The notes beneath the pieces are model-generated. The model had not been told where the DNA came from. It ran no database searches and was given only the letters and a program-made list of their open reading frames with translations. Below are positions 14,420 to 30,610 of a DNA stretch of 64,000 nt, piece after piece. The position numbers and the translations under genes were made by a program. The number at the start of each line of letters is the position of its first letter. Within the stretch, counting starts at the first letter, position 1. This DNA is from the human T2T-CHM13v2.0 reference genome, Homo sapiens: the NCBI RefSeq assembly GCF_009914755.1, contig NC_060934.1. The stretch is one strand, 5' to 3'.

Positions 14420-15025
14420 AATAAAAATATGATAGCATTGCAACCCTACAAAATTGGCAAAGCCCAAAGAAATAATCACACTATATTGGCCAACAATGTG
14501 AGAAATGAAGGAGTTTCATTTACCGCTGGCAAGAGTGCAAAATTGATGCAACTTTCTGGTACAGCAGGTTGGCTCTAAGATTTCAAAGTCTTAAAAGTGC
14601 TCATAACACAAACCTAACAATTCTGCTTCTCTTCTAATAATTTACTCTTAGGAAATAGCGACAGGAAAAGGATAAATATATGAAATATACATTTTAAACT
14701 GTGAAGCCCTAGAAGCAATCCAAATGTCTAACAAAGAGTACTGGTGAAATGAAGTCTGGTGTATCCATATGATAGCCTACTATGTAGCTAATAGAAATAG
14801 TTCCGTGGGAGAATGTTTCCAAATAGCAAAAAGATTCAGGATATGTTGCTTAGTGAAGATAGCAGATTACAATACACTATTTACTATATGGTTATAATTC
14901 TATACCAGAGATGTATAGAAAAATGGAAAATATTAACTTAATTTCTGACTAGGATATTACAAGTGTTTTTACTTTTTTTTGTTTTTTTCAAAATTCCCGT
15001 AATTTCTCCAATAAAAAATATGATT
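14420..15025 (+). mobile_element. Old L1M (L1ME-like) 3' region
   Basis: gctggcaagagtgcaaaattgatgcaactttctgg...aagcaatccaaatgtctaacaa...tggtgtatccatatgat. Confidence 0.6.
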
Positions 15026-15028
15026 TTG

Positions 15029-15326
15029 GGCCAGGTGCAGTGGTGCATGCCTGTGATCCCAGCACTTTGGGAGGCCGAGGTGGGTGGATCACTTGAGGTC
15101 AGGAGTTCGAGACCAGTCTGGCCAACATGGTGAAAACACATCTCTACTAAAAATACAAAAATTAGCCGGGCATGGTAGTACACACCTGTAATCCCAGCTA
15201 CTCAAAGAGGCTGAGGCACGAAAACCACTGGAACTTGGGAGGCAGAGGTTGTAGTGAGCCAAGGTAGTACCACTGCATTCCACCCTGGGCGACAGAGTGA
15301 GACTGTCTCAAAAAAAAAAAAAAAAA
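15029..15326 (+). mobile_element. AluS
   Basis: Full Alu with poly(A). Confidence 0.95.
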
Positions 15327-15333
15327 GGTTTTA

Positions 15334-15737
<404 letters not shown>

Positions 15738-15919
15738 TTATATTGATCTTTGGGTATATGATTAATACTTGCCATGTAAATATTAACAGTAAGCAAACCT
15801 TAATATAATTATACATGTTTCTAATATTATGTATTGATTTTATGTAACTATATATAATGTCTCTCTATGTATGATACACTATATCACACCTATCATATAG
15901 ATATGACATGATGCCTTAA

Positions 15920-16100
15920 CGCTTCACAGCTTATAAAGTGCCTTTTCAGAGATAATCTTATTTAGCTCTTAGATCATGTATAAAACGTATTATCTCCATT
16001 TTATGGAAGCAAAAAGAGAGGTTAAAAACTTTAATAACCTGCTCAAAAGTCTCTGCTGGTCAGGCAGACCCCCTGATGTCTGTACCTCCAGAGCTACTTC
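15920..16100 (-). mobile_element. MIR fragment
   Basis: tattatctccattttatggaagcaaa...agaggttaa...taacctgctcaa. Confidence 0.6.
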
Positions 16101-16599
16101 TGCGTCACCCAGGTGGGTTTGCTGTATGAGGCTGTGTTTGGGAACATGACTTGGCTGGCAGGGTATCTGAGATGGCCACTTTATTGGAATTCTAGGATAT
16201 CAGAATTGCTTCTTTTTCAGAAAGGGCGTGGAGTAGGACAGTCATTCTCTTTGGTTAAAGTTAACTGCAGGATAATCAGCTGCTCTGCAAATTTCACTGG
16301 GCTTTGTTTCCTATTCTTTCTTCCTTTTTAAGCCTTTGCTTTTCTTTGCATTTAGAAAAGTCTGAAAATCGTGGCTTGTGCCAGCTAAACTAACGGGCAT
16401 GAAGAAATACACACCATCCTCCTTTGTTGATGGTCAGAGTTTTCAAGGAAAATCCATGTGATAGCAGCGAGTGGGGTCAGAGTGACAGAATCCCAAGGAC
16501 AAGATTAAAGTCCAGGGAAAAGGGCTGAGAATCCTCGCATCAGCTGCATTTCCCCACCTGGGAAATTTTCTTTCAGAGATAAAGCCCTCATTTTGGCAT

Positions 16600-17090
16600 G
16601 CATTAGAATGACCTGGAGAGCTGGTTACAACCCACCTTGCTGTCCCTTCCTCACTGTTCCCCGACCCCCCACCAGAGTTTCTTTATTTTGAGACAGAGTC
16701 TCATTCTGTTGCCCAGGCTGGAGTGCGATGGCGCGATCTCGGCTCACTGCAACCTCCGCCTTCCAGGTTCCAGGGATTCTTGTGCCTCAGCCTCCTGAGC
16801 TGAGACTACAGGCATGCCACCATGTCCAGCTAATTTTTGTATTTTTAGTAGAGACGGGGTTTCACTATGTTGGCCAGGCTGCTCTCAAACTCCTGACCTC
16901 AGGTGATCAGCCCGCCTCGGCCTCCCAAAGCGCTGGGATTACAGGGTCACGCATCAGGCCTCCCACCAGTTTCTGATTCAAGTAGTTTCAGGGTGGAGCC
17001 TGGAAATGTGCATTTATAATACGTTCCCAGGTGATACAGAGAATCAGATGGTGCTGTTGGTCCCAGGACCGCACTCACAGAGCTGCTGCT
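16600..17090. mobile_element. MER5A (hAT-Charlie) interrupted by AluS (-) at 16682-16960
   Basis: gcattagaatgacctggagagct...gtttctgattca...gtgcattt...ttcccaggtgat; Alu TSD cccaccag(ag)tttct. Confidence 0.85.
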
Positions 17091-17450
17091 TTAGGAGTTT
17101 CAGGGGGATATTTCTCTTGCAGAGGAACAGTATCCGGTACTTAAGGATAGAAAGATGAGTAAGAGCTCATAATTACAGAACTATGTGGTAAGGACTGCAG
17201 TGAATACGTGTGCTCAGAGGAGTCTGTGCTTAGCAGCGTCTTGGCAGGATCCAAGAATGCTTTATGGTGGTCCTGTTCAAAGGAGGAGGGGTCTCATTGG
17301 GCTTGAAAATAATTCCAAGCAGACACAACAGGAAAGCAAAGGCATAGGTAAAGGAGATTATTGTGATGTAAGCTCTGAAGCAGTCTTCGGAAGTAAATAT
17401 TCTTCACGCAACCTATTTCTGTTGCTTTCTATAAATAGCGTATTGGCTAT

Positions 17451-17530
17451 TATTTAATTTATATATATTTATATATATTATTTAATTTATATATATTTAT
17501 ATATATTTAATTTATAATAATAATTAAATA
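17451..17530. repeat. AT-rich low-complexity tandem repeat (about 29 bp unit)
   Basis: tatttaatttatatatatttatatatat repeated. Confidence 0.85.
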
Positions 17531-17926
17531 TGCAGTGACTTATACCTTAAATGTTCCAAGTTACTTACTTGATTAAAAAAACTGATTTTAGTTGGTTTCT
17601 TGTTTAGTGAACTGATAAAAGATATGATGGCTTTCTGAGGAGTGACACTAGGTGGGAGTTGGAGATTTTGGCAGGGCACTGCTCGGAAAAGACGAGATTG
17701 CTGCCAAGAAAATCCAATAGGAGTAATTCAATCCGCGCTTCCTGGATAATGAGTTTATGTACAAATTTAAAAATATGAGATTCAAGGACTTAGAAACTCA
17801 CTTGAGAGATATTTCCATAGGTCAGTTATAATTGATTTTATAATTGCAAAACGGCCTTTATAAAAGCATAGTACTGTCATCTGTGAAAATCATTAGGTAA
17901 TTTTACTGTGTTAAAAGAGTAGGTTA

Positions 17927-18364
<438 letters not shown>

Positions 18365-18934
18365 CTATGCACCATTCTGTTTCATAGCACAGATGAAACA
18401 TAGTAGGTGTTTAAGTAAATATTTAAAGTGTGGTTGTTTGATAAAGGATTTTTTTTTTCACAGCATACTTGTGATATTGTTTCTGAAGACATAAACAACA
18501 AAAAATTTCAGAGATGTTCCTATATGAGCAAAAAATAAAAATAAAAAATTGAATCCCTCATTTAAATCATTTGGAAAGTAAACGACTTTGGCACATTACG
18601 TCCAGATATTTCAGGCCTTAAAATTATTTTCTTTCTGAACTCTTTAGAAAATTACTTCAAATCTCCTTTTTGTGAAAAAGTTTCAAAAAACAAGTGTCAG
18701 CTATTACTTATGGAAAAGTTTTCTTTTGGAAGTGCTTGGAGCTCCAGGCTTGACTTAATATGTCTGTGTCTCGGTGCATTGTGTAAGCTGAAAGGGGGTC
18801 AGTCTATTGCTTTTGACATGACTTTTTTTTTTTTTTTTTTTTTTAGATTTAATTCTGTGTTTCCATTTGCCTCCATAGAGAGAGTTTAAAGAACTCTGCC
18901 AATTCTGGCCTATGAAAGTGCATTAGTGAATTAT

Positions 18935-20005
<1,071 letters not shown>

Positions 20006-21073
20006 TCACTGAGCTTTTAGAAACATGACAGAAATCCCAGTATTTTGAGATTTGAGGAAAAGCTCTCAAACAATGGAAAAGTTTGTGCTCTTCTGATCGG
20101 CTCAGCGGGTGTAATCTGGCCTTCTGCTGGTAGCATTCTAGAGCTGAAAAAATCATCTTACCTTAAGTCTTTGATGGCATTTGCCATCAATGGCATGAGA
20201 TGTTTATGAGGTCCCACTAATTTTGAAGACTTGCAAAAAATATAATTTGATACAAGAAGTGATTTTCGCTTATGTGCCAGTCTTTGGCCAAGATTTAGCC
20301 TAAGAGCTTATCTTCTCACTGCGAATGTGGCACAGGGACCAATTGCCAACCAGGTAAGCACATAGAATAATTTCGAGGTCTTATAATGTGGCGAAGTGCA
20401 CACAAAAATATTTAATGATGAACTGAGAGAAGAGAAAAGGAGACATAGAAAAAGAGAAGTTGAAGGAAAGAGGGAGAGAAAGTTGAGGAAAGGAAGAGGA
20501 GGAAGAGGGAGATTTAACTGAATTTCATCCTATATTCCCAAGACTGATCATTATTTCCATGGAAAATCTCTGAAAATAACAAGAGTTACCTTCTTCTAAA
20601 ATAACAAGAGTTACAGAATGGGGCTTATTGTCTGACTATAATTTCTTAACAATTGTGCCATTAAAATTCAGTTAATAAACAAGGTAGTTACCAGCACATT
20701 TTTACCACCAAGCCAAATACTGCACCCAATATGTGGAAAGCATTTATCACCTAATTGATTATGTTTATTAAACAGCTATATTTAATAAACAATAACTTAT
20801 TTTTACACAAAAATCCAGAGGCACAAGCTGCTTTTTCCTTAATTCTGTCCATACCAAATTATCTGAAATGATTTCAAATTGTGTAATTATCCTAGAGTAC
20901 TGTGAAGTTTCTAGAAATCATCCACAAATTGTTTCTTTAATAAAATAAAATAATAATCTGTAAAGAAGCATGGACAGAACTTAGTTCTCTAATAATGTAA
21001 AATAAAATGTAAGTTACAACTAACTGGTTAGAATTTACTAATTTCCCATAATTTGTTTGGAAAATGATTAACC

Positions 21074-21375
21074 GCTGTGAGCAGTACCTCATACCTATAT
21101 TCCCAACACTTCGGGAGGCTGGGACAGGAGGATCGCTTGAGCCCAGGAGTTCGAGATCAGTCTGGGCAACATAATGAGACTCCATCTCTGGAAAAACAAG
21201 ACAAAAATTAGCCAGTTGAGGTGGCATGCACCTGTAGTCCCCGCTACTTGAGAGGCTGGGGCGAGAGGATGGCTTAAGCTTACGAGGTTGAGGTTGAAGT
21301 GAGTCAAGGTCATGGCACTGCACTCCAGCCTGGGGGACAGAGCAAGACCCCGTTTCTAAATAATAAAGAAAAAAA
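21074..21375 (+). mobile_element. AluJ
   Basis: Diverged Alu; TSD aaaat(g/t)attaacc. Confidence 0.92.
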
Positions 21376-22243
21376 TTATTAACCATCTTTCACACATTTA
21401 AAGAAATTCATAGGACATATTTGTAAGGTACGAGGCGTATAAAGGTTTTCTGGATAGGTCACCTTTATGTAATATTTTTGCTGTCATGGTAATGAATGGG
21501 AAAGTGCAGACTATGTTTTAGGTGGATTTTGTGAAATCTCTCAAACTGAGTTCAAGTGGGACATAGTTCTATAGACATTTGACAACATGCTTTGAAAGAC
21601 CCCAGTGATGAAATTTTGTTCCCAGACTGTTATTCTTCGTATTTCCTGTTTGTTTTATGCATAGTTACTTTCTGGTCTTCCAATATCCTTGAAGTAAGAC
21701 AACTGGTCACTCCTTAAGCATCATGTGCAATAAGAGGTTACGTCACAGCCACTTGCAATGGGCGTGTCTATGTGAAGTGTGCTGATATTATTTGAAATTA
21801 GGAATCTGTGTTTCGGCTTGTCCTTTTATGATTAAAAAGACCATCCATCAACATGGTAGAGAAGAGCCACACACTTTACAAAGCCCTGGAAGGAAATAAT
21901 CAGGTTCCTGTTTTAGGTGACAGAATTAATTGTTCTAAGAAATTCTGGCTTTTCTCTTGTATGTGCTCAGAGGTGAACCCTTCCACATGGTTGATCTAAA
22001 TCCAGGAAAATGTTGTATGCATTACATACTGTAAATTTACTACAGAGCAAATATCTCCAGGAAAGGACTTGGCACATAGATATCTGCCTTGGTCTTTGTG
22101 TACCTATGTAATACTTTGCACTTAGTAGGCTGTCAAGCACTGTTTATTTACTGTGACTTAATCTGCTGAATTGGTAAGATTCCTGTATTGGCTTACTCTT
22201 TAGTGAACTGATGAAACATAAAGTTAAGAAGAAATTAGAGTGG

Positions 22244-22546
22244 GAGGGACACGGTGGCTCACACCAGCAATCCCAGCACTTTGGGAGGCCGAGGTGGGTC
22301 AACTTGAGACTGGGAGTTCAAGAGCGGCCTGGCCAACATGGTGAAACACTGTCTCTACTGAAAATACAAAAAATTAGCTGGGTGTGGTGTCACATGTCTG
22401 TAATCCCAGCTACTCAGGAGACTGAGGCATGAGAATCGCTTGAACCCAGGAGGCAGAGGTTGCAGTGAGCCGAGATTGTGCCACCCGCACTACAGCCTGG
22501 GCAACAGAGTGGGATCCTGTCTCAAAAAAAAAAAAAAAAAAAAAAA
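22244..22546 (+). mobile_element. AluS
   Basis: Full Alu; TSD aagaagaaat(t/c)aga. Confidence 0.94.
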
Positions 22547-22680
22547 GAAGAAGAAATCAGAACAGATGGTGATTCTGAAAACAAACATACAAGCAAAAAA
22601 TAATAAAAAAGAAAAAATAAAGAATAAAAAAAGGCTTAAGAAAACAGTCTTGTCTCTTTTCTCAAGAGCCATATCTTTTC

Positions 22681-22915
22681 CATGAATGAAGATTAATTAT
22701 GATAGGATAGAGATTTGCTATCTATTTTGTTGCTATTCCTGCTACTTTTTATTCATGTTGAAGTGTGGAGGTTGCATCACCCTATGTTGACTTCCATTTT
22801 TTGGGGCTCATTTCTTTTTTTGAGTACTTTTGCTGTTTTCGAGGTTGTGTTTTCTTTATGGTGACCTGTGCTAATGGCTCTCTTATGTGTTTTGAAACTG
22901 GTAAGGCAGTAGCTT
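22681..22915 (+). repeat. Dispersed duplication, copy 1 (partner 27150-27384)
   Basis: 235 bp ungapped, about 31 mismatches by hand count (about 87% identity). Confidence 0.95.
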
Positions 22916-22928
22916 TAAAGACATCAAA

Positions 22929-23070
22929 GGCCAGGTGCAGTGGCTCACACTTTTAATTCCAACAGTTTAGGAAGCTGAGCTTGGAGGATCGCTTGAGCCA
23001 TTACACTGGAGTTCAAGAACAGCCTGGGTAACATAGCAAGACCCCATCTCCACTTGAAAAAAGAAAAAAG
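22929..23070 (+). mobile_element. FLAM-type Alu monomer
   Basis: Left-arm-only Alu; TSD ag(a/g)catcaaa. Confidence 0.88.
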
Positions 23071-23126
23071 AAGAGGCATCAAACTATTTGGAATGATACT
23101 GAAAAATTTAATTAGAATGTATATTT

Positions 23127-23576
23127 CAGTAGTTCTCAAGCTTCTTGATGTTAGTATCCTTTTACCCTCTTAGAAATTACTAAGGACCACAGTTGCTTTT
23201 GTTTATGTGTGTTATATCTATGCTTTTACTCCATTAGAATTTTAAAGAGAATGCTTTAAAAATGCTTATTTTAAAATTTATTTAAATGTCACTCTAATAA
23301 ATTAAAACATATGAAGTAACATAACTAATATATTTTTATGAGAAATAATTGTGTTTTCCAAAGTAAAACAAAATTAGTGAGAAGAGTGACCTTGTTTTCC
23401 ATTTTATACATCTCTTTACTGTCTGGATTCAGTGGAAACAGCTGGATTTTCATGTCTGCATTCTGTTGGTGGTGGCCTCACATGTCTATGTAGCTGGAAA
23501 ACAGAGGCCCTTTCATCCCCCTGAGCCTATTTTGGGGACCCATAGGGCTTATTCGACCACACTTTGGGAACTGCTG
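23127..23576. mobile_element. hAT-Charlie DNA transposon derivative (Charlie1-like)
   Basis: Terminal inverted repeats cagtagttctcaa...ttgggaactgctg; candidate 8-bp TSD gtatattt/gcacattt. Confidence 0.75.
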
Positions 23577-24342
23577 GCACATTTAACAGTAGAATTACAA
23601 CTATGAATTCTCTGTAGAGAAAACATTCAAAACTTGGGGTGCTGGTCCATAGGAAAATAGAATTTTATATGATTTTCCTGGACACTCCTGAGGGGTTTTA
23701 TTTTACTTTACCTCGAATTGCATTCATTTCGCTTGGGTTAATTTTGATAATCACTTGTCCTCTGGCTGAAAGAGCAGAGTGATCTTTAGAATCTATTACT
23801 ATCTGTACTTACCATTGTGTTAATGGTCACCCTGCAATCACCATAAATGTTTGTTAGTCTGTCATTTAAAAAAATGACACAACTATGGTCCCCCTAGGGT
23901 TTTCCTCTCCTCTAAGACACCTTTGCCCTGATGGAATATTCCAGATCTGTGCTACTCTCACCTAGATGTAGTGATAGATAATGATGAGTGGGTTGATAAG
24001 CAGATGAATCTGTTTACATGATCAGCATAGTGAAATCCTGGAGATAACTATCTGGTTTTATGGACAGTTTTATGAAGATACTTTTCAGACTTCTGCTATT
24101 GCCCTGAAATGGCAGCAGTGAAAACATGCCAGTTGTACTTCATGTTAAAAATCTTAGGGCTCACCACAGACTTCACAGGTTGCAAACCTTATGGAGAGTT
24201 TGTCTTCCTTAATTTGCCTACTTCTAGGCTTCTGATGATGCAAAATCAGAGTATAGCCACGCACACAGTACTTACAGTGTTGAAAATTCTAAAAGAATTT
24301 GGAAGATCTAAAAGCATCAAAGAGAGAAAATAGAAGTATTGA

Positions 24343-24663
<321 letters not shown>

Positions 24664-25029
24664 TGTATCCCATTTTGTAAACCTAGTTTCCTTCATCCAA
24701 TGGCATGATGGAATAAGTTCAATTTTGGATGGCTGACATAAATAGTGACAATCTCACTTTTGAATTTATAGAGTTTAATATTGAGTACTCAATATATATA
24801 TTTGTTGAGCAAATAGAAACATTAATTAAAAATTAGCTATAAATGATATTTCCTTATTCTTACAGAGTCGATGAAGGTGGAAAGAAAATAGGTCCATAAC
24901 TTTTATAGTTCACCAGGGAGATGTTTGTATTTAACCTATCATTTTTAAATCAGAAGATATTATTTAGTGGCAGTTCTATAGAGAGCTATTTCTTTGTCTG
25001 AATATCTCATATTGGCAAGTTCTTTGGCT

Positions 25030-25330
25030 TTCATGTAACAAACATTACTTGGTGGACTTCTACTGAATATCTGTCATGTGCCATGCAAAGCTTTGGACCT
25101 AAGGATGTAAAAAGGAGGGTGAATCAGTCTTTCCAGAGGCTTATGGTCTAAAGGGAGAGACTGACCAGGAGAGAAGAGCTGGAAAGAGGCAGGCACAGGG
25201 CCTTCTGGGAAAATGGGAGAATATGCTTGTCTTTCCCTGGAAGGTCAAAGAAGGCTTTCTAGAGGAGGAAACATGGTAAGTGAGTCTTGGCTCAGAGAAG
25301 TTGAGCGGGTAGTATGCATATATCTGTCAG
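25030..25330 (-). mobile_element. L2 relic
   Basis: tactgaatatctgtcatgtgcca...aaggtcaaagaaggctttctagaggagg. Confidence 0.6.
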
Positions 25331-25384
25331 AGTAAGCCATAGGCTTAGAGTGGAGAAATATACAAGGACCCTCAAACAGAACTC

Positions 25385-25850
25385 ATGTGATTGTAAGTGA
25401 CAGAAACTCAACGCCACCTAGTTTAAGCCAAGAGGCAATGTAGTGGCTAACACATTGGCTGGGAAGTCTGGCTTTAGAAACAACTCCATTCAGAAACTCA
25501 TATAAGGTCATCATCTTGCTCTTTCTTTCTTGGGTTTGTTTGTTACTTGGAGTTGCCCTCCTCCTCTTCTCCTTCAGAGAGACTTTTGGTTCAAATAGGG
25601 AAGAGAGCCACTATGGTTCCCTGTGCACATCCATCTGCCTCTTTACCCAATAGGCTTCAGTTCAAACAATCTCAGTGATAGCCCCCGACTGCCATTGGTT
25701 CATTCCTCTGGTGGGGGCTTGAGCATCTGATTAGTAGCTTGACACAGGTTCAACTGGAGTGGAGAAGGAGCAGTTCCCAAATAAATGGCTGGGCACATGT
25801 GGTGGTGGTGGCAGTATCCAGGTGGCTAAACACACAGAGAGAATAGTTGT
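25385..25850 (-). mobile_element. Old MLT1-type LTR fragment
   Basis: ttgtaagtgacagaaactcaac...tagtttaagccaagaggcaatgtagtggct. Confidence 0.45.
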
Positions 25851-27149
25851 CTACAAGAGTAGACAAATTTGACTCAATTGCTGTGAATTTGACAAAGATC
25901 TTTCTTAGCATTAGGATTGATTTTTTTTCAAAGCTCATTTAGGTATTTACCTAAGTAGTTTTATACTTTCCTGGATTTTTTTAAAAGGGGATTTTGTTTT
26001 ATTTCAGAAAATACAGCCTCCTCCAGGAGGGTAATAGCTAAGGGCTTTCTTTAGAACTTGCACATATCATAGCTTATCCTTTTTCTATCGTAAACATTTT
26101 TATGTAGCTAAGGTTTGGTCAAGCAAATATCAAGGGGGTAATGAAATCCTAGCAGGGCAGAATCTGTGGATGGAGGAGAGAGTAGCCCGGTCTTGGCACC
26201 TTGGTTGTGATGGGAAGATTACTGTGGACCATTGACAATCACCGACTCTCTTGTTTCATGCAAAGGCTAGAACAAGGACTTTACCCAAGTGGTAGGGACA
26301 TTTAGAGAAAAGTAGAGAAAAAGAGAGATCAGGAGCAGGCTGGGCTGGATCCAACTAAAAGAGGAGCTTGACAAGCACTGGAAATGTGATAAGATGGAGA
26401 GAACTTTATTTTATAGAATTTACCTCGGGGAAAATACTCTATTGGTTAGAAGCTGCTTGAGGCAAGGGCCAGGCTTAAGTGGTAGCTAAACCACCTTCAA
26501 AGGCACAGGTCTGGTTAACCCTACAACTTTGCATTTGCTGAGTGGGTATGTGAGTTTGGCAGCAGAGGATTCCACAGCTCAGCTTCTTACCTGAATAAAT
26601 ACTGAAGAAATGTTTACAGGATATTGGTTTGTGGCATCTGATCATTAAATTTTCTGGAGCCACTCAACATGGCTTATGCAAACAGCATGCAGTTCTCGTC
26701 CAGGGCCACTTTCTGTTTGGGTGCTACGTGTAAAACAGTTAGTACCAGGGTAATGGTGATGGAGTGCTGGCTTACAGGGCATTCATTCCCATGGTAAATT
26801 CTGGAAAAAATATTAGGTCCACCATATCAGGCATTTTCATGAAACGTTCCTGACAGTGTTCTTTAACTCATGACTTTAGAAAACAACAGAAGTAATTACT
26901 TGCGAAGAGTAAAAACAACACAGTGCAGTAACTGTTAATTTAGAGACAGAAACACAACTAATTACCTGGGACTCCTGCAAGCATAGTCTTGTTTAACTGC
27001 TGATCTTTTTTCTCTAGGTAGCAAGTCTCATAGAAGGCTGGTCAGAATTGCAGTCTTTCTGCTTTTCTAAAGTCCTTTCAGACTGGTGTCGTTTTCTTCT
27101 TGGATGCCATGGCTCCTTGTTCGCCATTGTCATATCTTTTCTTATTCAC

Positions 27150-27384
27150 CATGAATGAAGATAAATTATGATAGGATAAAGATTTGCTATCCTTTCTATT
27201 GCTATTCCTACTACTTTTTATTCATGCTGAGATGTGGAGGTTGCATTACCCTATGTTGACTTCCATTTTCTTGGGCTCATTTCTTGTTCTGAGTTTTTAT
27301 ACTGTTTTCAGGGCTGTGTTTTCGTTTTGGTGACCTGTGCTAATGGCTCTCTTAGGTGTCCTGAAACTGCAAAAGCAGTGGCTT
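27150..27384 (+). repeat. Dispersed duplication, copy 2 (partner 22681-22915)
   Basis: Same 235-bp segment, offset 4469 bp. Confidence 0.95.
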
Positions 27385-27389
27385 CTCTT

Positions 27390-27552
27390 TACTATTATTA
27401 CTTTTTAGACAGAGTCTTACTCTGTCACCCAGACTGGAGTGCAATGGTGAAATCATAGCTCACTGCAGCCTTGCATTCCTGGACTTAAGTGATCCTCCCA
27501 CCTTGGCCTCCCAAAATGCTGGGAATACAGAGGTGAGCCACCACACCCGGTC
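27390..27552 (-). mobile_element. Alu monomer (FAM/FRAM-like)
   Basis: Single-arm Alu; TSD agcagtgg. Confidence 0.85.
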
Positions 27553-27555
27553 AGC

Positions 27556-27786
27556 AGTGGGTTTGCAAACATTTTTGACCATGGCTTACAGAAAGACATT
27601 CATGTTACATGGTGCCCAGTACACACAGACATACATAATTGACATGGAATGTTCTTGGAGTGATACCATCCTTACTGCACATGATGGACTCCACTCTATT
27701 CTATTATTCTATTCAATTCTATTTCTTTTAAAAAATTTTCCTTTTACAATTCACGTGATTCAAGAGCCATGGTTTGAAAAACACTG
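27556..27786. mobile_element. hAT-Charlie MER (MER113-like)
   Basis: Ends cagtgggtttgcaaac...gtttgaaaaacactg. Confidence 0.55.
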
Positions 27787-28500
27787 CTCTAAGACTTGTC
27801 CCCCTTGCAAGGTTTTCAAAAAAGTAGAAATCTCTCAAATCACATTCCTGATCTTCTAAGGACATGCCTCATAGAGCCCCAGGATCAATGGCCAGAGTGG
27901 CTATGTCATTTCCTCCTGGTAGGCTCACAATATTTGTGGTACCTCAGTGATTCAACTGACACCATTCTAATCACCAGACTGGAAGGGACTATTTATATAT
28001 TCCTTGGGGGCAAATGCTTAAAAATTTGTTAGAGAGGCTGCTTGAAAGACAGTATTCCAAGAAAACCAGGACTCAACAGGTTATTTTCCTTTAGTCTCTT
28101 CCCTTACAAATTGTTTTCCTGGCCATTAAACTCATAGATGCCCTTTTAGAATCCAGTGCTATTTGTTCAATACTATTCTGATAATCATCAAATGAGCCCA
28201 TTATTATTCAAATTTAGTTATACCAATTGTTCATAAAACCATCATTAAATCAATAAAAATCTGATTTCAAGTGCTTAGTCCCCAAATAGCTCTCAGGCTT
28301 ATTTGCCTCTCCCCAGATATATAAATCTGATGGGTGCTTGGGAGTTTGTATACTTTTCTTGGTCCACTTTTTCATACTTGTCAGAGGTCAGTGTTATTAG
28401 ATGTTTGAGGTTCACTGTGTCTAAGGTGATTGAATAACCTTTGCAGATCTTTCTGTGGCAGGACTGCTATTGCCCACCCAAGAGCATCCTCCTCTTCCTT

Positions 28501-28708
28501 ACCAGCTTGGGCAACATGGTGACACCTCACCTCTACAAAAATAAAACTACAAAAATTAGCCACGTGTGGTGGCACATGCCTGCAGTCCTATCTACTAGGG
28601 AGGCTGAGGTGGGAGGATCGCTTGAGCTCAGGAATTCAAGCCTGCAGTGAGCTATGATCATACCACTGCACTCCAGCCTGGGGGACAGAGGCCAGCCCAG
28701 CAAAAAAC
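28501..28708 (+). mobile_element. AluJ, 5'-truncated
   Basis: accagcttgggcaacatgg...right arm. Confidence 0.9.
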
Positions 28709-28766
28709 ACTTGTTTATTCAACCTCCCTTCCCTCAGGACAGGTCATGTGACATAGTTCTGACTAA

Positions 28767-28899
28767 TGAATGCCCCGATAGCGGTATTTCCTGTTTCAGC
28801 AAAGCAAAAGCCCTCCCAGAAACCCTTAGCTCATTTCTGAGGGTTTCTGGGAGGGATTTTGCTTTCCTGAAACAGAAAATACCCCTATCTGGATATTCA
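28767..28899. repeat. Long inverted repeat/hairpin (53-bp core arms, 7-nt loop)
   Basis: 28777-28829 is the reverse complement of 28837-28889 with 5 mismatches; pairing extends about 10 bp further out. Confidence 0.95.
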
Positions 28900-28988
28900 G
28901 CAGCCATCTTGTAACTACAAGGTAACAAGTGTGACAATGAGGATGTACTAGCTAAATGTCATTGAGCAGATATGTAGAAAGAGCCCAG

Positions 28989-29794
<806 letters not shown>

Positions 29795-30300
29795 TAATCA
29801 AATAAATGACATAACTGATTCATTCCATTTTTAAAATTTCTGCATCTGTCTTACTCTTTGATGAAAATTTGATAACTACAGATTACTATGATGAGCACTT
29901 CAAGTGTCACTAATTAGACCCAAAGCTATTTTAGAGTAATTGCTAACAAAAGTGTGTTGATGTTCTTCCATATGGCATCCAAGTGTGAGAAGCTCTTTCC
30001 CCAAACTATCTCAACAGGATTAAAATGCTTTGAGAATGACTGTTCTTTCATTTTTTCACGTGGTCCAAGGTTTAAATACTCCTAGCCACATAGAGCATAG
30101 GGCTGAACCCTGATCTAGAAATGGTGTTTTCAAACTTTAATTGTTCATTTTAGATTGGCTCATCACCTTCAAGTTTAGATAGTTGTTGGAATGTTATGGT
30201 TCTAAGAAGGTAAGCCTCTCTAGAGTTGAGGTTTTCTTGATTTGGAGGCTCTTTCTGATCTTATTTAGGATACTGTAAAGGAAAGTATTGTGACAACAGC

Positions 30301-30610
30301 TTTTTTTTTCTTTCTTTTTATTTTTTTTTGAGACAGGGCCTTACTCTGTTGCCCAGGCTAGAGTGTAATGGTGTGATCATAGCTCACTGCAGGCTTGAAT
30401 TTCTGGGCTTAAGGGATCCTCCCACCTCAGCTTCCCTAGTAGTTGGGAATACAGACATGCACCACCACACCTGGCTGATTATTTTTATTTTTGTAGAGAT
30501 GGGGTCTTGCTATGTTGCCAGGCTAGCCTCGAACTCCTGGACTCATGTGATCCTCCTGCCTTGGCTTCCCAAAGTGCTGGGATTAAGGGCATGAGCCACC
30601 ATGCCTGTCC
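30301..30610 (-). mobile_element. AluJ
   Basis: Full antisense Alu. Confidence 0.93.

Noticed and set aside
18815-18850. Branch point + poly(T) + AG acceptor-like site
   Set aside because: No convincing downstream donor before the L1 fragment; poly(T)-AG arises readily by chance.
20573-20613. Small tandem duplications (also 43740-43778)
   Set aside because: Ordinary slippage duplications of 23-25 bp period with no further signal.
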